32,000 nucleotides of DNA. It comes from Candidatus Saccharimonadota bacterium (lineage in GTDB: Bacteria; Pseudomonadota; Alphaproteobacteria; Rickettsiales; Anaplasmataceae). The DNA is taken from positions 690,001 to 722,000 of the forward strand of contig NZ_CP046579.1 in assembly GCF_013365475.1 (NCBI RefSeq). Reading direction: 5' to 3'. Shown piece after piece: positions 27,827 through 32,000 of this stretch; within the stretch, counting starts at the first letter, position 1; every line of letters starts with the position of its first letter. Both the position numbers and the translations under genes were made by a program. The notes under the pieces were generated by a model. The model did not search any database. It had not been told where the DNA came from and saw only the letters and a list, made by a program, of their open reading frames with translations.

Positions 27827-29635
27827 ATGAGTGCGAAGAATCTCTTTACTAAATCAACTGTTGTCATTCTAGCATGTTTATTAATCTTCATAGAAGTTGT
27901 CAGCTTTCTATCAGAGAATAGCGAGAGAGAGGAAGTCGCAATAATTGGGAAAGAAGTTATAACTTTAGACGAATACAAGTTGCTATACCAAAACTATGAA
28001 AAGCAAACTCCAGAACACATTAGCAAAGAACAAATGAAAAAACTAAAACATGACTTGCTTAATGCACTTATAGAACAAAAACTATTGTTCAATCTAACTA
28101 GTGATTTAGGGCTAGTAGTTGGAGAAGAGTCTGTGAAAGACTATATTGAAAGCATTAAGCATTTCAAGAATGATAAAGGAGAACTTGATAAGGAGAAATT
28201 TTATGAGATGCTAAATGAGCTTCATATTATAGAGAAGGACTATGTAGCAAAGCTAAAAAAGAATCTACCTGCGATGATGTTTATGACATGCTTATTTAAG
28301 AACAACTATCCAATGACCTTCGGTAAGAAAGTTGATGAGCAGATATATAAAAATCGCCATCAAACTAGGATAGTCGATATTGTAAAAATAACTAAAGATG
28401 TAGTTACTGATATTCCTAAACCAGAGGACAAAGCATTATTTGACTTATACAAGAGAAATAAGTCACATTTTTATTATCCTGAATACCGAGTCGCACAATA
28501 TATTTCCTTAGGTCAAAAATATTTTGAGGACCAATCGTACATCTCAGATGAAGAGGTTAATAATATAATAGAACAACAGAAACTTAAAGATCAGAGAGAT
28601 ATATTTAATTTAGTATTTCATACTGAGAAAGATGCTAAAGAAGCAAAAAAGGCACTTGAGAAAGGTAAAACAAGCTTCGAACAGGTAGCAGAAAAGTTTG
28701 GTAAGGCAAAACCTGAAGAAATTAGAGTAAACAATATAACCAAGGATTCTCTGCCAGAGAATATGAGAGAAAAGGTGTTTGCTCTTAAAGCAGGTGAAGT
28801 AAGCGAAATTTTTACTAGCAACATTGGTTGGCATATAATCAAGGTGGAGAATGCATATCAAATCTCTAATAAAAATTTAGCTGATCTAAAGAAAAACATA
28901 AAGTCAATTTTAGTTAACCAAAAGTCTTTCAAGAAAGCCAACGATTTTATAAATCAAGTAAATTATAAGATATATAATGGTGCAACAATTGAAGAAATTT
29001 CCAATGAATATAATTTACCTATGAAAATCATTGGTCCAGTAGATGCTAGTGGAAAAGATCAAAATTTTAATAGCATGGAAAGTAATAACGATTTAATTTC
29101 ATTTATCTTTTCACAAGAAAAAGGTCAAAAAAGTTACTTTAAGGACATGGGAGGCACTATTATCAGTGTAAAGGTCATCGATATTACTCCACCTAAAATG
29201 CAAAATTTTGAAGAAAGTAAAGCATCAGTGATAGATCTTTGGTACAATGAGTTTATAAAAGATCAAATGCTTAAGGTCTCACAGAGAATTACATTTCAAT
29301 TAAAAGAGAAAGCAGATTTTGAGAAGGTTCAAGGTGTAGAACTGATTAAAGATAAGCAAATACAACGCAACGAAGCTGAGAGACAAAGTAGTTACCCTCT
29401 TTCTTTTACAGAAGAAGTCTTTAATATGAAAACAACTAATTCAGTGACGAACCCCATTCAATGGGATAACAATATTATAATAGGAATTTTAAAAGAAATT
29501 CATTCATCAAGTGGTGAATTAAATGCATTTGATATCGGGGAACATGTAATGATATCACTAAAAGCACAATTAATTAGCTATCTAAAATCAAAATACAAGG
29601 TAAAAATTAACCATGCTACACTTGACTATGTATAG
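27827..29635 (+). CDS. PpiD/SurA-like periplasmic chaperone with a parvulin-type peptidyl-prolyl isomerase domain.
   Basis: An N-terminal membrane anchor (VVILACLLIFIEVV) is followed by a SurA_N-like region. The parvulin motif is ...GEVSEIFTSNIGWHIIKVENA. The length of 602 aa is typical of PpiD. Confidence 0.85.
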   Translation: MSAKNLFTKSTVVILACLLIFIEVVSFLSENSEREEVAIIGKEVITLDEYKLLYQNYEKQTPEHISKEQMKKLKHDLLNALIEQKLLFNLTSDLGLVVGEESVKDYIESIKHFKNDKGELDKEKFYEMLNELHIIEKDYVAKLKKNLPAMMFMTCLFKNNYPMTFGKKVDEQIYKNRHQTRIVDIVKITKDVVTDIPKPEDKALFDLYKRNKSHFYYPEYRVAQYISLGQKYFEDQSYISDEEVNNIIEQQKLKDQRDIFNLVFHTEKDAKEAKKALEKGKTSFEQVAEKFGKAKPEEIRVNNITKDSLPENMREKVFALKAGEVSEIFTSNIGWHIIKVENAYQISNKNLADLKKNIKSILVNQKSFKKANDFINQVNYKIYNGATIEEISNEYNLPMKIIGPVDASGKDQNFNSMESNNDLISFIFSQEKGQKSYFKDMGGTIISVKVIDITPPKMQNFEESKASVIDLWYNEFIKDQMLKVSQRITFQLKEKADFEKVQGVELIKDKQIQRNEAERQSSYPLSFTEEVFNMKTTNSVTNPIQWDNNIIIGILKEIHSSSGELNAFDIGEHVMISLKAQLISYLKSKYKVKINHATLDYV

Positions 29636-29928
29636 CTAAAAGACTTATTTTATCATAGCATAATATCATCTCAGTTATGTATTGAAACACTGGAATGAAT
29701 AGAAACTATAATGATCATTGTAAAATATGATCCCTTATTTGTTAAAAAATTCTCAGTTAAAAGTAGTATGAAACATTTAGATCTTAATTAAGTAAAGCTT
29801 CATTATCTTGGAATGCAGCATGTATTTATGCACACATCATAAATTTATGAGTAACTTCCATGACTAATTACTATTAAACAATCGGAACAGAATTTTATAT
29901 AATTTTATATAAAAAGTTATAACCCTAG

Positions 29929-29975
29929 TCTGTATAACATGGTTCCATTTAAAGGATGGTATGTTATAATACAGA
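29929..29975. repeat. Imperfect inverted repeat in the 0.6-kb spacer after the PpiD-like gene.
   Basis: TCTGTATAACAT (29929-29940) faces ATGTTATAATACAGA (29961-29975), whose arms match apart from a 2-3-nt insertion in the right arm. An adjacent tandem duplication AATTTTATAT x2 lies at 29891-29910, and the palindromic octamer GTTATAAC lies at 29917-29924. Confidence 0.45.
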
Positions 29976-30241
29976 TTATAATTTTACATAATCAAAAAAA
30001 TATCGTTTCATTCCTACTCTATTTCCAAAAATTGGAAAATTGAAAACAAGGATTTCTTATTCTTAACTTTTCATAAAAATAGAAATAGATTTCATCTTTA
30101 CTATGAGTTTTACCTAGCCCGGACAAAAGCAGAAACCTCAGCTTGATTTTACTCTATTATCTTCAAATAAATTTGAATTTTAACCTTTTTCTAGTTCAGC
30201 ATAACTTTGTAAAGGTAAACACAATTTAAAAAGATATCCAG

Positions 30242-30583
30242 TCACTGGAATTCCATATAATTCAAAAAACATTTAGATTTCATGCCAAATTTCAACTCAG
30301 AATCTATAGAGACTAGAAACAAGTTCTGAGCTAGAAATGCTTTAGCTATTAAAACGATGGCATTTGTCGAAATTTTCAAGTTCCTCGTACCTTTACATCT
30401 CCTTAGAATACATGCTTCTATAGCTAAGATAACTATAATGCTCCCAAAATTATAAACAGTATTTCTTACTACACTTCCTAGCATCGCTTTTGGAAAGTTT
30501 TTTATAGAATAATAGTTAATAAAAACACCTCCTACATAACTTGTAATAAAGTACTTTGAGTGGTTCTTTGTAACTATATTCAA
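30242..30583 (-). CDS. Questionable 113-aa hypothetical ORF immediately downstream of ubiA.
   Basis: A TTG start overlaps the ubiA TGA. There is one hydrophobic segment and no recognisable motif. The first ATG is at codon 34. Confidence 0.25.
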   Translation of the reverse strand: MNIVTKNHSKYFITSYVGGVFINYYSIKNFPKAMLGSVVRNTVYNFGSIIVILAIEACILRRCKGTRNLKISTNAIVLIAKAFLAQNLFLVSIDSELKFGMKSKCFLNYMEFQ

Positions 30584-31440
30584 TTTACCATTCTATCTAA
30601 AAGAATACTAAAGAAAAGCAGTAGTCCTACATAAGAATTATTTTTAAATATGTACATACATTTACTAGGATCATTGAGATCAAGATCTTTGTATTGGTAG
30701 TAAAATGCAAACCCTATAGCAAGTAAGGCAATATAAAAAACGTTATTTAAAGATGATAATATACCAGCACATAGCCATATCATAATGGAAATTATGTAAA
30801 ACGTTCTTAACCAACATTTTGTTGTATTGCCAAAATACAATGCAGTTGATCTTACTCCTAATTTTTCATCATCTACTCTATCCTGATGAGCATATATGGT
30901 ATCGTAGCCCAGTGTCCAAAAGATACATCCCACATAAAAAAATATAGGTTCTATACTAACCTGATTTTTTACCGCCGTCCAACCCATGAGTGAACCCATA
31001 TTAAAAGTAAACCCTAAAAACAACTGTGGACACCAAAGGTAACGTTTTAATAAAGGATAAATAATAACCATACACATAGAGACTATTCCAAGTATAAGGG
31101 TAGTTTTATTGGTGAGCAATAGAATCACTAGTGCAATAGATAGCAACAGAGAAAGCAAAGTCAAAGCCTGCTTTAAGTTTAGTAAACCACTTGCAAGTGG
31201 TCTATGCTTTGTCCTTTCAACGCACGCATCTATCTCTTTATCAAAAATATCATTAACTATGCAACCCGCAGACCTCATTAAAAATGCACCCACAGTGAAT
31301 AAAAAAGAGATAAAAAAAGTTTGCCATGATAGAGGAGAAGCTGATGCTAAAATAATCCCACTTAAACTAGGGAATAATATGAGCCAAAAACCTGTCAAAT
31401 TATTCAATCTAATCAACAAAAAGTAACGATTAAAATACAT
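30580..31440 (-). CDS. ubiA: 4-hydroxybenzoate polyprenyltransferase (UbiA).
   Basis: The first Asp-rich motif is NDIFDKEIDACVERTKHRPLASG. The second is YAHQDRVDD. The protein is 286 aa and polytopic. Confidence 0.92.
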   Translation of the reverse strand: MYFNRYFLLIRLNNLTGFWLILFPSLSGIILASASPLSWQTFFISFLFTVGAFLMRSAGCIVNDIFDKEIDACVERTKHRPLASGLLNLKQALTLLSLLLSIALVILLLTNKTTLILGIVSMCMVIIYPLLKRYLWCPQLFLGFTFNMGSLMGWTAVKNQVSIEPIFFYVGCIFWTLGYDTIYAHQDRVDDEKLGVRSTALYFGNTTKCWLRTFYIISIMIWLCAGILSSLNNVFYIALLAIGFAFYYQYKDLDLNDPSKCMYIFKNNSYVGLLLFFSILLDRMVN

Positions 31441-31443
31441 CGA

Positions 31444-31791
31444 TCAAGTGCGATTACCTAGTATTTTATTTATATTAACAAAATTATTAAATGCTAAATC
31501 AAGTTTAAAAACTAACTTAGGTACAAATCGTAAATTAACATAAACCAATAAAGATTTGTGTATCAACCATGCAGACCTGTTAATTTCATTAATAACAATA
31601 TCAGCAGCACAATCTTTTCCACTTAACGAAGATAGCACAACATATATGTCTGCTTTTTTAAAATCCTTACTTAACTTCACCTTAGATACTATCACATTCT
31701 TATTATTGAATAACTTTCCTTCCATCAATACTCTAGATATTGCCCTATGTAATACAGATGCTATTCTCAGACTTCTAATTTCCTTCTTCAT
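31444..31791 (-). CDS. rbfA: Ribosome-binding factor A.
   Basis: The protein is 115 aa with an RbfA-like N-terminus (R...RIASVLHRAISRVL) and KH-like core (V.LS.D...A.IYV). It sits in the conserved position directly after infB. Confidence 0.85.
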   Translation of the reverse strand: MKKEIRSLRIASVLHRAISRVLMEGKLFNNKNVIVSKVKLSKDFKKADIYVVLSSLSGKDCAADIVINEINRSAWLIHKSLLVYVNLRFVPKLVFKLDLAFNNFVNINKILGNRT

Positions 31792-31799
31792 ATTTGCTA

Positions 31800-32000
31800 C
31801 TATAATAGCCTTTCTTCCTGTACTAAGTGATAAATTTCCAAAAGATCCCCGATCCTAACATCAATATTAACATCAAGAAACATTCCACATTCAAAACCTG
31901 CGCTTACCTCTTTAACATCATCTTTAAATCTACGCAAAGCTTTCAACTTTCCTTTGCATATTAACTTACTATTGCGTATTACCTTAATTAAAGAATCTCT
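31800..32000 (-). CDS. infB: Translation initiation factor IF-2, C-terminal 66 codons only; the gene continues beyond the window end.
   Basis: My manual translation of the minus strand is [66 protein letters not shown]. It matches the IF-2 C2 domain pattern (L.R.KDDV.EV..G.ECG). The TAG stop is at 31800-31802. Confidence 0.9.
   Translation of the reverse strand, partial: RDSLIKVIRNSKLICKGKLKALRRFKDDVKEVSAGFECGMFLDVNIDVRIGDLLEIYHLVQEERLL

Noticed and set aside
28610-28861. Two overlapping minus-strand ORFs (83 and 74 aa).
   Set aside because: They are antisense to the parvulin domain region of the PpiD-like gene.
1946-30241. A search of all spacers for tRNA, tmRNA, RNase P RNA, 4.5S RNA, IS ends or a DnaA-box cluster (oriC).
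   Set aside because: By eye I found no T-arm GTTCGA/GGTTCGAATCC-type motif and no RNase P GAGGAAAGTCC motif. I also found no SRP GGAAGCAGCC-type motif, no terminal inverted repeats flanking a transposase, and no repeated TTATCCACA-like boxes. A covariance-model scan would be needed to exclude small RNAs properly.
31109-31858. Plus-strand ORFs 31109-31426 and 31556-31858.
   Set aside because: They are antisense to ubiA and to rbfA/infB. The minus-strand reading gives clear UbiA, RbfA and IF-2 C-terminal sequences.

Overview
The window is an AT-rich stretch of chromosome, roughly 30-33% GC by eye. It reads as core housekeeping DNA of an obligate-intracellular alphaproteobacterium. The gene content looks Rickettsiales/Anaplasmataceae-like, possibly Ehrlichia- or Wolbachia-type, but that assignment is inference only. 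I can support about 27 protein genes.

Plus strand:
- a dGTPase-like gene, truncated at the window start
- ribD, mnmG(gidA) and pepP
- an orphan 122-aa helical protein
- a PpsR-type kinase/pyrophosphorylase
- rpmJ, which is missing from the ORF track
- a signal-peptide-bearing PcaH-like dioxygenase homologue
- pepA and a PpiD-like chaperone

Minus strand:
- rpmF-plsX-fabH
- a tightly coupled nuoJ-K-L-M-N-birA-ccmD-ccmE block; ccmD is missing from the ORF track
- a 613-622-aa porin-like outer-membrane protein
- ccmC, rho and a DUF1013-type protein
- infB (truncated at the window end), rbfA and ubiA

I found no tRNA or rRNA genes, IS elements or transposases, prophage genes, CRISPR arrays or recognisable defence or toxin systems. 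I see no convincing undescribed multi-gene system.

The points worth a second look are these:
- an exported PcaH-like protein that appears to lack most Fe ligands and has no alpha-subunit partner
- a large OMP with a Lys/Glu-rich N-terminal extension, isolated between unusually long non-coding spacers
- three long ORF-free spacers of about 1.5 kb, 0.8-1.0 kb and 0.6 kb
- a roughly 48-aa in-frame insertion in RibD
- a 26-bp near-perfect palindrome upstream of rpmJ
- structured DNA in the rho leader

All homology calls rest on motifs I recognise by eye. No searches were run.
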